A stretch of 64,000 bases of DNA from an uncultured bacterium. GTDB taxonomy: Bacteria; Fermentibacterota; Fermentibacteria; Fermentibacterales; Fermentibacteraceae. Below are positions 38,239 through 47,440 of the stretch, piece by piece. The position numbers were made by a program, and so were the translations under genes. The notes under the pieces were generated by a model that was not told the origin of the DNA, made no database searches, and saw nothing but the letters and a program-made list of their open reading frames with translations. Location: NCBI GenBank assembly GCA_964564435.1, contig CAZMAT010000002.1, positions 140,002 to 204,001 of the forward strand. The letters are read 5' to 3'. The stretch's first letter is position 1. Each line of letters opens with the position of its first letter.

Positions 38239-38877
38239 TCAGTCTATGTCGCCCAGGTCGACCGACCAGTAGAAACCGGCGGCGTCGATCCAGACCTCCC
38301 ACAGGGTGTAGGTGTCGCCGTCCTCGTCCTGGCAGTAGATGTCGTAGTAGTCGTTCGCGGGGACGTAGAAGGTGTAGGAGTCGCCGGGGACGATGGTGCT
38401 GCTGCCGAGGCGGTCGGAGCCCCAGTCGGACGTGGAGGAGGGGTTGCAGTAGACGTAGAAGATCGTCCAGCTCCCGAGGTCGTTGTAGATGGTCACGGGA
38501 GCGCTGCCGCCGCCGGTGGTGACTCCGGTCTTGTCGTCGATGACCGCGGAGGTGGAGGAGTAGTAGTACTCGCCGAGGTCGTCGAGCGTGACGTACCAGG
38601 ACCAGGTCCCGGAGACGGGCACGTCGTACAGGATGTACTCATCGCCGTCCTCGTCTACCAGCCTGATGTCCCATGTGCCGTTCGTGACCGGGAACTCCCA
38701 TGTCTCGCCGACGCTCATGATCTCGCTGCCGAGCCAGTCGGAGCCCCACTCGTCGGAAGTGGACGGCGAGATGTAGACATAATAGATGTCCCAACTGCCG
38801 GTGTCGTTCGTGATCTCGATGGTGCCGGCTGAGGCAGCCATGCCGAGCACGGCAAGGGCAAACAAGGCTTGCTTCAT
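38239..38877 (-). CDS. secreted tandem-repeat protein (2 x ~95-aa W/D/Y/T-rich repeats), unknown function
   Basis: Signal peptide MKQALFALAVLGMAASA. The two repeats are TIEITNDTGSWDIYYVYISPSTSDEWGSDWLGS... and PVTIYNDLGSWTIFYVYCNPSSTSDWGSDRLGS.... Confidence 0.6.
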   Translation of the reverse strand: MKQALFALAVLGMAASAGTIEITNDTGSWDIYYVYISPSTSDEWGSDWLGSEIMSVGETWEFPVTNGTWDIRLVDEDGDEYILYDVPVSGTWSWYVTLDDLGEYYYSSTSAVIDDKTGVTTGGGSAPVTIYNDLGSWTIFYVYCNPSSTSDWGSDRLGSSTIVPGDSYTFYVPANDYYDIYCQDEDGDTYTLWEVWIDAAGFYWSVDLGDID

Positions 38878-39056
38878 ATCCCTCCTCCTGGGAAGTGAGT
38901 GACACCCGCGGAAATTCTAGCACTTGCCGCGGCGGTGTCAATGTCGACACGCAGCGGAGGCTCTTCCGCCCCGCCAGGGATGATACCGCCGGGGCGACGA
39001 TCCATTCCACGGCCTTATATTACGGGACATCGCACGGGCCTCCCTGCCCTGCGGAA

Positions 39057-39079
39057 CCGGAGCCGCGAAGCGGCTCCGG
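39057..39079 (+). promoter_or_regulatory. perfect 10-bp stem / GAA loop hairpin in the 5' leader of the rSAM operon
   Basis: CCGGAGCCGC-gaa-GCGGCTCCGG, 37 nt upstream of the TTG start. Confidence 0.4.
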
Positions 39080-39115
39080 GGACAGCAGACCGCAGGGCCG
39101 GAAGGAGCTGTTTCC

Positions 39116-40180
39116 TTGAACACCACAGGGCAGTTGATGATGGGCATGGACGCGCTCCTGGGCATCCTCGGGAGACGCAGGCCGGTCAACGTGATGATCT
39201 CCATCACCGATCGCTGCCCCAGCCGTTGCGCGTACTGCCAGATCCCGGAGCAGGGCCGGCCGGATCTGCCCACCGCCGTCTGGATCGACCTCATCTCGCA
39301 GATGGCACGGGCCGGGACGAGGCGCATCGGGGTCTGGGGCGGCGAACCCCTGTCGCGTCCCGACATAGCGGAGATCTGCGGGCATGCCAGGAGCCTCGGG
39401 ATCTATGTCAGCCTCGACTCCAACGGATACCTGGTGCCGTCGAGGCCCGAAGTGCTCCGCGCCATCGACCATCTAGTGCTCGCATACGACGGCCCCGAGG
39501 AGGCCCACGACGCCAACAGGCAGCCCGGCAGCCATGCGAAGGTCATGGCCGCGATGGATGCCGCCTCGGGCAGGGTCAGGCTGTGGTCGATCACCGTACT
39601 GACCCGCAACAACATCGGCCACATCGACCACATCCTGTCCGAAGCCGGGAAACGCGGATTCCTCGCCACCTTCCAGACCCTCCACCACAACGACAAGCTC
39701 GGGCGGAACCCCTCGGGCATGATGCCCTCCGCCGAAGAGTACAGGGAGGCCTTCAGGCACCTCCTGGAGAGGAAGAGGGAGGGCGCTCCGATCGCCAACT
39801 CGCCGCGATACCTGAAGAGCCTGGCGGCATGGCCGGACTACCGCTCCACGAGGCTCGCCGGAGCCTTCCACGGGGTTTCCTGCAGGGCAGCGAGGATGTA
39901 CTGCAACGTGGACGTCGACGGCCGCGTCTACCCGTGCTCCCTCCTGATGGGGCTCTCGGACGACGCCCCGGATGCCGTCTCCCTCGGCTTCGACCGCGCC
40001 TTCAGAGCCCTGGGCCCCCTCCCCTGCCAGGCCTGCGTGGCGGGATGCTATACCGAATACAACTACCTGTACGGCCTCTCCGTGCCTGTCGCGCTCGACT
40101 GGTTCGCATCGGTGAGGAGGACCGACAGGGTCATGGCGGAGGCCGCCGCCGGACGGCCCCTGCGAAAGACGGAGAACTAG
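39116..40180 (+). CDS. radical SAM enzyme with C-terminal SPASM/twitch auxiliary Fe-S domain
   Basis: TTG start with an AAGGAG RBS 8 nt upstream. CxxxCxxC = ITDRCPSRCAYCQ. C-terminal cluster CRAARMYC...YPC...PCQACVAGC. 354 aa. Confidence 0.8.
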   Translation: MNTTGQLMMGMDALLGILGRRRPVNVMISITDRCPSRCAYCQIPEQGRPDLPTAVWIDLISQMARAGTRRIGVWGGEPLSRPDIAEICGHARSLGIYVSLDSNGYLVPSRPEVLRAIDHLVLAYDGPEEAHDANRQPGSHAKVMAAMDAASGRVRLWSITVLTRNNIGHIDHILSEAGKRGFLATFQTLHHNDKLGRNPSGMMPSAEEYREAFRHLLERKREGAPIANSPRYLKSLAAWPDYRSTRLAGAFHGVSCRAARMYCNVDVDGRVYPCSLLMGLSDDAPDAVSLGFDRAFRALGPLPCQACVAGCYTEYNYLYGLSVPVALDWFASVRRTDRVMAEAAAGRPLRKTEN

Positions 40181-41656
40181 ATGCCAGCACTGCCGGAGTA
40201 CCTTACACGGGCCCTCCTCGAATCGGAGGGCGTCCCTGTCGTCCCTGGGGTGATGCTCACCTCCGCTCCCGCCTCTGTCGCCGGTTTCCCGGTGTTCCTC
40301 AAGGCGCAGATACCCGGAGCGACCAGCAGGAAGAGCGCGGGTCTGGTGAGGCGGGTCGATTCGCCCGCCGAACTCGGCGCTGTCCTGCCCGACCTCCTGT
40401 CCAGGGACCGCTGCGAAGGCGTCCTGGCGGCCGAAGCTCTCGATATCGAGCTCGAGCTGTATGCCGGGGTGGTGTTCGACGCCGGATCGTCCTCGGCCCT
40501 TCCCGGCGGCAGGCTCCTGTTCAGCCTCGCCGGAGGCTCGGGCATCGAGGCACGGGCCGGCTCCCTGACCGAGATACGCTTCCCGCTCTCGTCCCCCCCA
40601 TCCCCCGGGACCCTGGCGGCCTCCCTCCCGGACGCACCGTGGAGGGCTTCCGCCGCAGACCTCCTGGCCGGCATGGCCCGGACATTCTGCAGGTACAGGC
40701 TCCTCGTCCTCGAGGCCAATCCGCTCGCGGTGCTGCGCGGTGACGGCAGGGTGCTCGTGGTCGACTGCAGGGCCGAATTCGAGGACAGGGCGGTGAGAAA
40801 GGGCGAGGAGGCGCTGTTCGGGACCGCTTCGGCCAGGGCCGGTGACTCGACGCGCCTCGAGAGGATGGTGGGCGCCTTCAACAGCAGCGACCCTGCCGGC
40901 ACTGCCTTCTTCAGGCAGAACAGGGGGACGCCCGCGCCGGGAGCGGTCAGGGTCGCGACCAATCTCTGCGGGGGCGGCGGCAAGATGCTGTGGGAGATGG
41001 CGGTCGGCGGGAGGGACGACATCTTCGCCCTCAACGAATCCGACACCTCCGGAGGGCTCTCGGCGTTCAAGAGCTACAGGTTCCTCAGGGCCGTCCTCGC
41101 CCAGGAGGATGCCGATCTCCTGCTCTTCACGGGATCGGGGATGGCGTTCCAGAGCCAGCTCAACATAGCCGCGGCCATATGGAAGGCTCTGCGCGAGAGC
41201 CCCTGCGTCGTCCCCGTCATGGTGCGGTTCGGCGGCACCGACGAGGACAGGGCGAGGGCGATGTTCGCAAGGCTCGCCGGATCGCTCAGAGTCCCTGTCC
41301 GCACGTACCCCTCCGAGGTCTTCCCCAATGCAATGGTCGACTCCATCCGCGGTTTCCTGGAAGATGCCGGGACGTCCTCGCCCGTCCCGCCCGACTGCCC
41401 TCCCGGGGGATCCCCAGCCTTCGAGGTGGCCGTGCCCCCGGGGAGATTCCACGTAGACGGCGCCAGGTGCGCCGAGTGCCGTGAGAGGCCGTGCCTCGGG
41501 GCATGCCCGACGCACTTCCTGGTCTGGGCGGACGGATCTGGCCCCGCCCCGGCGGAGGGCCAGCGCTGCACGGGCTGCCTGATGTGCGAGGCGGCCTGCC
41601 TTCTCGACGGCTCCGCCGGATTGTTCATCGAACTGGAAATGCCGGAGGTGGAGTGA
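40181..41656 (+). CDS. SucC-like ATP-grasp (NDP-forming acyl-CoA synthetase beta-type subunit) fused to a 2x[4Fe-4S] ferredoxin domain
   Basis: N-terminal ~390 aa align with the succinyl-CoA synthetase beta ATP-grasp and CoA-ligase domains. The C-terminus is a ferredoxin: CAECRERPC...CP and CTGCLMCEAAC. It starts 1 nt after the rSAM stop. Confidence 0.7.
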   Translation: MPALPEYLTRALLESEGVPVVPGVMLTSAPASVAGFPVFLKAQIPGATSRKSAGLVRRVDSPAELGAVLPDLLSRDRCEGVLAAEALDIELELYAGVVFDAGSSSALPGGRLLFSLAGGSGIEARAGSLTEIRFPLSSPPSPGTLAASLPDAPWRASAADLLAGMARTFCRYRLLVLEANPLAVLRGDGRVLVVDCRAEFEDRAVRKGEEALFGTASARAGDSTRLERMVGAFNSSDPAGTAFFRQNRGTPAPGAVRVATNLCGGGGKMLWEMAVGGRDDIFALNESDTSGGLSAFKSYRFLRAVLAQEDADLLLFTGSGMAFQSQLNIAAAIWKALRESPCVVPVMVRFGGTDEDRARAMFARLAGSLRVPVRTYPSEVFPNAMVDSIRGFLEDAGTSSPVPPDCPPGGSPAFEVAVPPGRFHVDGARCAECRERPCLGACPTHFLVWADGSGPAPAEGQRCTGCLMCEAACLLDGSAGLFIELEMPEVE

Positions 41657-41660
41657 GGAC

Positions 41661-42629
41661 ATGGCTGGCATTCTAGGACACCTTGCAGGAATCGACGACC
41701 CCGGCGTGGTCGTCTTCGGGATAACGGGCAAGCAGGGCCAGAGCACGACCAGGGTGATGACGGGATACGGCACCAGGGTGCTCGCCGGAGTCACCCCCGG
41801 CAAGGGCGGCCAGGAGGTCGACGGCATACCGGTGTTCGATTCCTGCGCCGATGCCGTCTCCGCGGTTCCCGGCCTGAACTCGGCCGTGTTCTTCGTCCCG
41901 GCCGGAGCCGTTCTGCAGGCCACGCGGGAGGCTTCCGCGGCCGGGATACGCTTCATGGTCCACACCGCCGACGGAGTCGCTTCGCACGATGCCGCGCTCA
42001 TGCGCGAGATGTCGGTCGACGGCGGCTTCAGGATCGTCGGACCCAACACGGTCGGCATGCTCGACACGTCGGGCTGCCTCTTCGGGCTCATCGGGGGCGG
42101 GGCATCGTGGGCCAGGAGGAACTACCTCCCGGGCTGCGTGGGGATCATCTCGCGCTCGGGGGGGCTCTCCCAGCTCCTGGGCGCCTTCCACTGCAGGCCC
42201 CATCTCCCCGGTCCCCTCCCGGGCGGGGGATACGGCGAGCTCTGGGGCGACGCCGGACCCGGGGTCTCGGCGGTCATCTGCGTAGGGGGTGATCCCGTGC
42301 CGGGGACCACCCTGCTCGAGGCTGCGCTGGCCTTCGAGGCCGATCCGCGCACGAAGGTCATCGCCGGCTACGGCGAGACCGGGACCTCGCAGGAGAACGA
42401 ACTCGCGGAGGCGGTGGCGGGCGGAAGGATCACAAAGCCCGTGGTGCTCTTCCTCGGCGGCAGATTCACCGAGGCGGGGGTTTCGCAGAGCCATGCCGGC
42501 GCGATGATCCGGTGCGAGGCCGAGACATGGGCTGCCAAGCACGAGGCCCTGGTTGCCGCCGGTGTCACCGTGGTGGACAGGCCGGATGCGGTGTTCGGGT
42601 CGGTCGCGGGAGTCCTGGGGCTGGTCTGA
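41661..42629 (+). CDS. SucD-like CoA-binding / CoA-ligase alpha-type subunit
   Basis: VVVFGITGKQGQ (CoA-binding Rossmann), GPNTVGM, and the phosphohistidine loop region GGGYGELW...HAGAM. It starts 4 nt after the previous gene. Confidence 0.7.
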   Translation: MAGILGHLAGIDDPGVVVFGITGKQGQSTTRVMTGYGTRVLAGVTPGKGGQEVDGIPVFDSCADAVSAVPGLNSAVFFVPAGAVLQATREASAAGIRFMVHTADGVASHDAALMREMSVDGGFRIVGPNTVGMLDTSGCLFGLIGGGASWARRNYLPGCVGIISRSGGLSQLLGAFHCRPHLPGPLPGGGYGELWGDAGPGVSAVICVGGDPVPGTTLLEAALAFEADPRTKVIAGYGETGTSQENELAEAVAGGRITKPVVLFLGGRFTEAGVSQSHAGAMIRCEAETWAAKHEALVAAGVTVVDRPDAVFGSVAGVLGLV

Positions 42630-42632
42630 GGG

Positions 42633-43511
42633 TCAGGTCCTTTCGAGCTGGAAGTACCTAGCCCATTCCGTGACCTGGTATCCGGCCCTCTCGAGCAGCA
42701 TGAGCGCGGGTCCGTCGCTTGCGGGGACGGTCTGCCTCGTCCTCGTGCAGCCCCTTTCCGCGAGCATGGACAGGCCGGTCAGCAGTATGGCCGTCCCGAG
42801 CCCCCGCCTCCTGAAGCGGGGCAGGACGCCGAGGAAGTAGAAGGCGCCCTCCTTCGCGTCGAGGCTGTCGAGGCGGGCCATCATCACGCCGGCCGGCTCG
42901 CCTTCCTGCATCACGACCCTGAACAGCTCGGGATCGAACCTGGCGCCCGAGCTCCAGGCCGCGAGATAGCCGTCGAAGTCGATCTCCGCCCAGGGGGTCC
43001 TGCCGGCGCAGTCCTTCGCGATGGCCGCCATCCTCGCCTGTCCGGTCCTCCCCAGGCCGATGGATTCCGGTGCGATGCCGGGAGGCTGCACCCCCGAGAG
43101 CGACCGGGACAGGATCGTGCTGTCGCGGAGGAATCTGAACCCGGCGCCCCTGTAGATCTCCTGCAGCCTCGTCATGTCCTCCCGCGCCTGATCGGAATAG
43201 ACAGCCGCGAGGACGCTCCTGGCCCTGGTCAATGCCGATCTCACCGCTTCGCGCACCAGGGCGGCCTCGAGCTCCCTCGCGCCCGGGGGGTTCCCTACGG
43301 CGTGGGGTATCCCGATCAGGACCTCCCCCTCCTCGCGTTCGTGTCCCGTGAAGATGAAGCCCGCGGGTTCCCCCGACTCGTCGAACGCTCCCAGGTAGGC
43401 CCCGTCGAAGAAGTCGTCGAGAGCGAAGCCGAGGAGATGTCCGGAGAGGAAACCGAGAAGGTCCCTCCTCTCGAGGATCCTGATCTGGTATGCATGACCG
43501 GTGTCGCTCAC
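42633..43511 (-). CDS. two-domain GNAT acyltransferase (MshD/Eis-like architecture)
   Basis: FYFLGVLPRFRRRGLGTAIL motif A in the C-terminal half; 292 aa. Confidence 0.7.
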   Translation of the reverse strand: MSDTGHAYQIRILERRDLLGFLSGHLLGFALDDFFDGAYLGAFDESGEPAGFIFTGHEREEGEVLIGIPHAVGNPPGARELEAALVREAVRSALTRARSVLAAVYSDQAREDMTRLQEIYRGAGFRFLRDSTILSRSLSGVQPPGIAPESIGLGRTGQARMAAIAKDCAGRTPWAEIDFDGYLAAWSSGARFDPELFRVVMQEGEPAGVMMARLDSLDAKEGAFYFLGVLPRFRRRGLGTAILLTGLSMLAERGCTRTRQTVPASDGPALMLLERAGYQVTEWARYFQLERT

Positions 43512-43539
43512 GGCAGGCTCCCGACTCCGGGGACCGGAC

Positions 43540-44883
43540 TCACCTTATATAGCCGAGATCGCGGAGGGTCCTTCCCACGGTCTCGGCGAAATCCACGACC
43601 GCCGGCGCCCCGGCTGCCGGTGTCGCCCAGTAGGTCAGCGCCTCCGAGAGCAGCAGCGAATCGGCATCGAGCGGGGAGAGCTCGCCGGGGTCGGACATCA
43701 GGTCGAAGGTCTCGGAGCCGCCGGACCCGGTGTCGAATATGACCTTTCTCCCGGAGGCCGTGCACGATGCGAGATCGGCATCCCTCCAGAGCACTCCGCT
43801 GGCGAACACCCGCCTGTCGGGCGGCTCTCCCCCGGCGGCGAACAGATCCAGCCCCGGGCGCCCTGGAGGCGATTCCAGCCCGCACAGCGCGGCAAGGGTG
43901 GGAAGAATGTCCACCTGCGAGGCCGGGGCGGCCGACGATCCATGCCGCACTCCCGGACCGGAGATCACCAGGGGGACGCGGACCGATTCGTCATAGAGGC
44001 TCACTCCGTGTTCGATGCTCCCGTGCTCGAGGAATTCCTCGCCATGGTCGCCTGTAACCGCCACTACGGTGCTCCCGGCGAGTCCCCTCCCCCTCAGGCC
44101 GGCAAGCAGCCTTCCGAGCTGGGCGTCGGAATAGGCTATCTCACCGTCGTACAGGGCGATGAGATTGAAGAGCCCGTCGGCGGGCAGGGTGTCGCCCCCC
44201 TCGTTGATCGCGAGGAGCTGCGGAACGGTACCCCAGGCCGAATCGCAGGGCCCCTGGTAGGCCGGATCGGTGAACATCTCCGAGTAGGGCGCAGGGGGAT
44301 CGTAGGGCATGTGCGGATCGTAGAGGTGGACCACGGCGAAGAAGGGGCGGTCGCCTCCGGTCCCGTCGAGCCAGGACAGGAAGAGGTCGACGGTCTCGCC
44401 CGCCCCCCTCTGCGAAATGCGGTCGCTGAGCCCGGCACAGTCGAACGTGTCGAAACCCACGTGGAATCCGAAGTCCTCGTCGAGGAAGATCACGTTGAAG
44501 AATGCCGCGGTGCGGTAGCCCGCGTCACCGAAGACCCGCTGGATGGTGGGAAGGGCCGGATCGAGCCCGTAGAAGGCGCCGTCCCTGCGACCGGCCATGT
44601 GCTCTCTGGGGGTCAGGCCGGTGAGTATCGAGGCGAAGGCGGGCAGAGTCCAGGATGCCTGGGCACGGAAGTCCGTCCAGCAGGCGCCGGACATCGCCAG
44701 GCTGTCCAGGACGGGGGTCGTGGGCCGCCCGTACCCGAGGCAGGAGACGTGATCGGCCCGGAAGGTGTCTATCACGACCAGCACCACGCTGGGCCCCTTC
44801 GGCTCTCTTCCGCATGCGCAGAGGAGTGCGAGCGCCGACAGCACAGGCAGGAGACGGGCCGTCGGCTTCACGCGGTCACGCAT
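43540..44883 (-). CDS. sulfatase-family (alkaline phosphatase superfamily) lipoprotein with Thr at the nucleophile position
   Basis: VVIDTFRADH...AQASWTLPAFASILTG aligns to the C-x-P-x-R region with Cys replaced by Thr and Arg by Phe. GDHGE motif. The start is chosen at the internal Met that begins the LCAC lipoprotein signal. Confidence 0.65.
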   Translation of the reverse strand: MRDRVKPTARLLPVLSALALLCACGREPKGPSVVLVVIDTFRADHVSCLGYGRPTTPVLDSLAMSGACWTDFRAQASWTLPAFASILTGLTPREHMAGRRDGAFYGLDPALPTIQRVFGDAGYRTAAFFNVIFLDEDFGFHVGFDTFDCAGLSDRISQRGAGETVDLFLSWLDGTGGDRPFFAVVHLYDPHMPYDPPAPYSEMFTDPAYQGPCDSAWGTVPQLLAINEGGDTLPADGLFNLIALYDGEIAYSDAQLGRLLAGLRGRGLAGSTVVAVTGDHGEEFLEHGSIEHGVSLYDESVRVPLVISGPGVRHGSSAAPASQVDILPTLAALCGLESPPGRPGLDLFAAGGEPPDRRVFASGVLWRDADLASCTASGRKVIFDTGSGGSETFDLMSDPGELSPLDADSLLLSEALTYWATPAAGAPAVVDFAETVGRTLRDLGYIR

Positions 44884-47440
44884 GGGCGGCCAGCCAGTCC
44901 GGTCCCCAGCCCGTCTCGGCCCTGAGCGGAACTCCGAGATCCATGGCACCCTCCATCGACTCCTTCAGGATCAGGGCCACCCTGCCGGCCATGTCACCCG
45001 GGCAGGATGCCACCATCTCGTCGTGGACCTGCAGGACCAGCCCCGACCCCGGCACCTCGTCCGCGAGGCGCTTCGCGGCCCGGAGCATGGCCAGCTTCAT
45101 CAAATCGGCAGCCGAACCCTGGACGGTGGTGTTCACCGCCATCCTCTCCATGGCCTTCCTGGCCGTGCCCTTCGCAGCCGCCAGGCCGGCGAACGACCTC
45201 CTCCTGCCGAGTATGGTCCTCGTCTCCCCAGTGGACTCTGCACTGGATATGCAGGCCCTGAGGAAGGAGTCGATCTCCGGATAGGCGTCGAAGTACCGGT
45301 TGATTATCACCGCCGCCCGGGACCTGTCCAGGCCCAGCCTCTGCGCCAGCCCGTGGGCGCTGACGCCGTAGACTATCGAGAAGTTGACCTCCTTCGCCCT
45401 GCGCCTCTGCTCGGGACCGGACGAGCCGAAGACCGCCATCGCGGTCATGGAATGGATGTCGGCATCCTCCGTGTAGGCCTGCCTCAGCTGCCCTTCGCCG
45501 GCCAGGTGGGCCAGGATCCTGAGCTCGATCTGCGAATAGTCCGCACTCACCAGCACTTCCCCGCTTCCGGGGGCCCTGAAGCACTTCCTGAGTGCCCTTC
45601 CCCTCTCCGTGCGGATGGGGATGTTCTGGAGGTTCGGGTCGCTGGAGCTCAGCCTCCCGGTGGCTGTCACGGCCTGGTTGAAGGAGGTGTGCACGAGCCC
45701 GGTGTCGGGCGAGACGAACGAAGGCAGCCTGTCGACGTAGGTCGAGAGGAGTTTGGAGACCTCCCTGTGTTCGGCCACGATCCCCACGAAAGGATGCGCC
45801 CCTGCAAGGTTCTGTAGCACCGTACCGTCCGAGGAGTCAGCCCCCCTGCCCGTCTTCGCGAGTCTGGGGAGACCGAGCCTGTCGAACAGGACGGCCGATA
45901 TCTGGGCCGGGCTCCTGAGGTTCACGGGCGTTCCGATTAGCCGCGAGGCTTCGGCTTCGATGCCTTCGAGCTCCAGCAGCAGGCTGCTCCTCATCTCCGC
46001 GAGGTTCGCCGTGTCCAGGGAGACGCCCCGCCGCTCCATCCCGGCGAGAACGGCCGAGAGCGGGAGTTCCAGGTCGCGATAGATTCTCGAAAGCGATGGA
46101 TCGCGGGCGATCCGGTCCTCCAGGGTCCTGAGGGTTTCGAGGCCCAGGCGCGCCGAGCTGCATGATGCCCGGGCGTGTCTGCCGGTGGCGGCGGCGTCTC
46201 CGGGTGACCCGGGATCGAGGACGTAGGCAGCAAGGCCCAGGTCGCCGGCGGGGGGTTCCGGGCGGGCCCCCATGCTCCATGCCGCGTGCAGGAAACTCTT
46301 GGAGTCGCGGCAGAGAAAGCGCCCCGAGGCGAGTATCTCGGCCATCCCGGCGGGAGGCGTCTCCTCTCCGGCTGTCTCGAAGAACCAGTCCTGCCCCTCC
46401 CCGCCTCCCGAGACGGCGATCTCGCCTGGCGCCCGGTGGATGGATGGCGCTGCGGAGATCTCCACAAAGGGGGTCGATCCTTCCGAAAGGAGGCGGATCA
46501 GCCCTGCAGCGTCGCCGGAAGGCTCCGATGGCGGTTCCTCTCCGACAGGGAGGGACGGGGAAGGCACTCCCGGCGCGGACCGCAGCCCGAGCTTCGCTGC
46601 GAGCGCCCTCATGCCGAATCGTTCCAGGGCGGGGGCAGAATCCGCACCGGGTGGACGCAGCAGGAACGCGGAGGGGTCGCCGGTGCCCGGGGCGTCGTAT
46701 CTGAGCCTGACCAGCTCCAGGCTCATCGCCACCGAGTCCCTCGATTCGACGAGCTTCCGTCTCAGCGACCCGGGCTCCACGGAATCCAGGTGCGCGTAGA
46801 TGTCCTCGACCGAGCCGAATTCCCTCACCAGCATGGACGCGGTCTTCGGCCCCACCCCCCTGGCTCCGGGCACGTTGTCGGAGGAGTCACCCGCGAGGGC
46901 CAGGAGGTCGGCGATGTGCGCCGGCGGGGCACCGGCGACCTCCTCGACCCGATCGGGACCGACGGTCTCCTGGGGCTTTCCGGGGCGCCCCGGCCTGATG
47001 ACCGACACCCTGTCGGAAACGAGCTGCAGGAGGTCCTTGTCGGCCGAGAGCACGATCACTTCCCAGCCGGATGCCTCTGCGCCCCTGGCTGCGGATGCGA
47101 TGAGGTCGTCGGCCTCCCAGCCGGGCTCCTCGAGCGTGCTGATGCCCAGGGCCCGCAGGAGCGCCGGAGCAGCCAGCGCCTGGTCGATCAGCTCCGCGGG
47201 GGTTTCGGGGCGGTTGGCCTTGTACTCCGGGAACAGCTCGTTCCTGAAGCCCGGTTCGTGCGAATCGAAGGCGGCGGCGGCGGCATCCGGCGAGAGCCGG
47301 GCGAGCAGCGTGACCGTCTCCGTCAGGAGATGGTGGAGCCCGCTCGTCACCATCCCGTCGGGAGCCCGCAGGGGATTGCGCGACATGGCGAAGTGGCCCC
47401 GGTAGAGCATGCCCATGCTGTCGACCAGAAGGAGCTTCAC
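44876..47440 (-). CDS. polA: DNA polymerase I
   Basis: 5'-3' exo N-terminus VKLLLVDSMGMLYRGHFAM; 3' pol domain with RRRAKEVNFSIVYG and QVHDEMV. GTG start 47440 overlaps the upstream GT9 stop (GTGA). Confidence 0.88.
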   Translation of the reverse strand: MKLLLVDSMGMLYRGHFAMSRNPLRAPDGMVTSGLHHLLTETVTLLARLSPDAAAAAFDSHEPGFRNELFPEYKANRPETPAELIDQALAAPALLRALGISTLEEPGWEADDLIASAARGAEASGWEVIVLSADKDLLQLVSDRVSVIRPGRPGKPQETVGPDRVEEVAGAPPAHIADLLALAGDSSDNVPGARGVGPKTASMLVREFGSVEDIYAHLDSVEPGSLRRKLVESRDSVAMSLELVRLRYDAPGTGDPSAFLLRPPGADSAPALERFGMRALAAKLGLRSAPGVPSPSLPVGEEPPSEPSGDAAGLIRLLSEGSTPFVEISAAPSIHRAPGEIAVSGGGEGQDWFFETAGEETPPAGMAEILASGRFLCRDSKSFLHAAWSMGARPEPPAGDLGLAAYVLDPGSPGDAAATGRHARASCSSARLGLETLRTLEDRIARDPSLSRIYRDLELPLSAVLAGMERRGVSLDTANLAEMRSSLLLELEGIEAEASRLIGTPVNLRSPAQISAVLFDRLGLPRLAKTGRGADSSDGTVLQNLAGAHPFVGIVAEHREVSKLLSTYVDRLPSFVSPDTGLVHTSFNQAVTATGRLSSSDPNLQNIPIRTERGRALRKCFRAPGSGEVLVSADYSQIELRILAHLAGEGQLRQAYTEDADIHSMTAMAVFGSSGPEQRRRAKEVNFSIVYGVSAHGLAQRLGLDRSRAAVIINRYFDAYPEIDSFLRACISSAESTGETRTILGRRRSFAGLAAAKGTARKAMERMAVNTTVQGSAADLMKLAMLRAAKRLADEVPGSGLVLQVHDEMVASCPGDMAGRVALILKESMEGAMDLGVPLRAETGWGPDWLAAHA

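Noticed and set aside
39116-40180. Idea that the rSAM/SPASM enzyme is an anaerobic sulfatase-maturating enzyme
   Set aside because: The only sulfatase-family protein nearby has Thr and Phe at the FGly Cys and Arg positions. The AlkP pair is PF01663, not Cys/Ser-type sulfatase.
38899-40743. 614-aa Arg/Pro-rich plus-strand ORF spanning the rSAM leader and gene
   Set aside because: Different frame from the rSAM gene, which has clear CxxxCxxC and SPASM motifs. Composition is typical of a GC-rich shadow ORF. It is not a precursor peptide.
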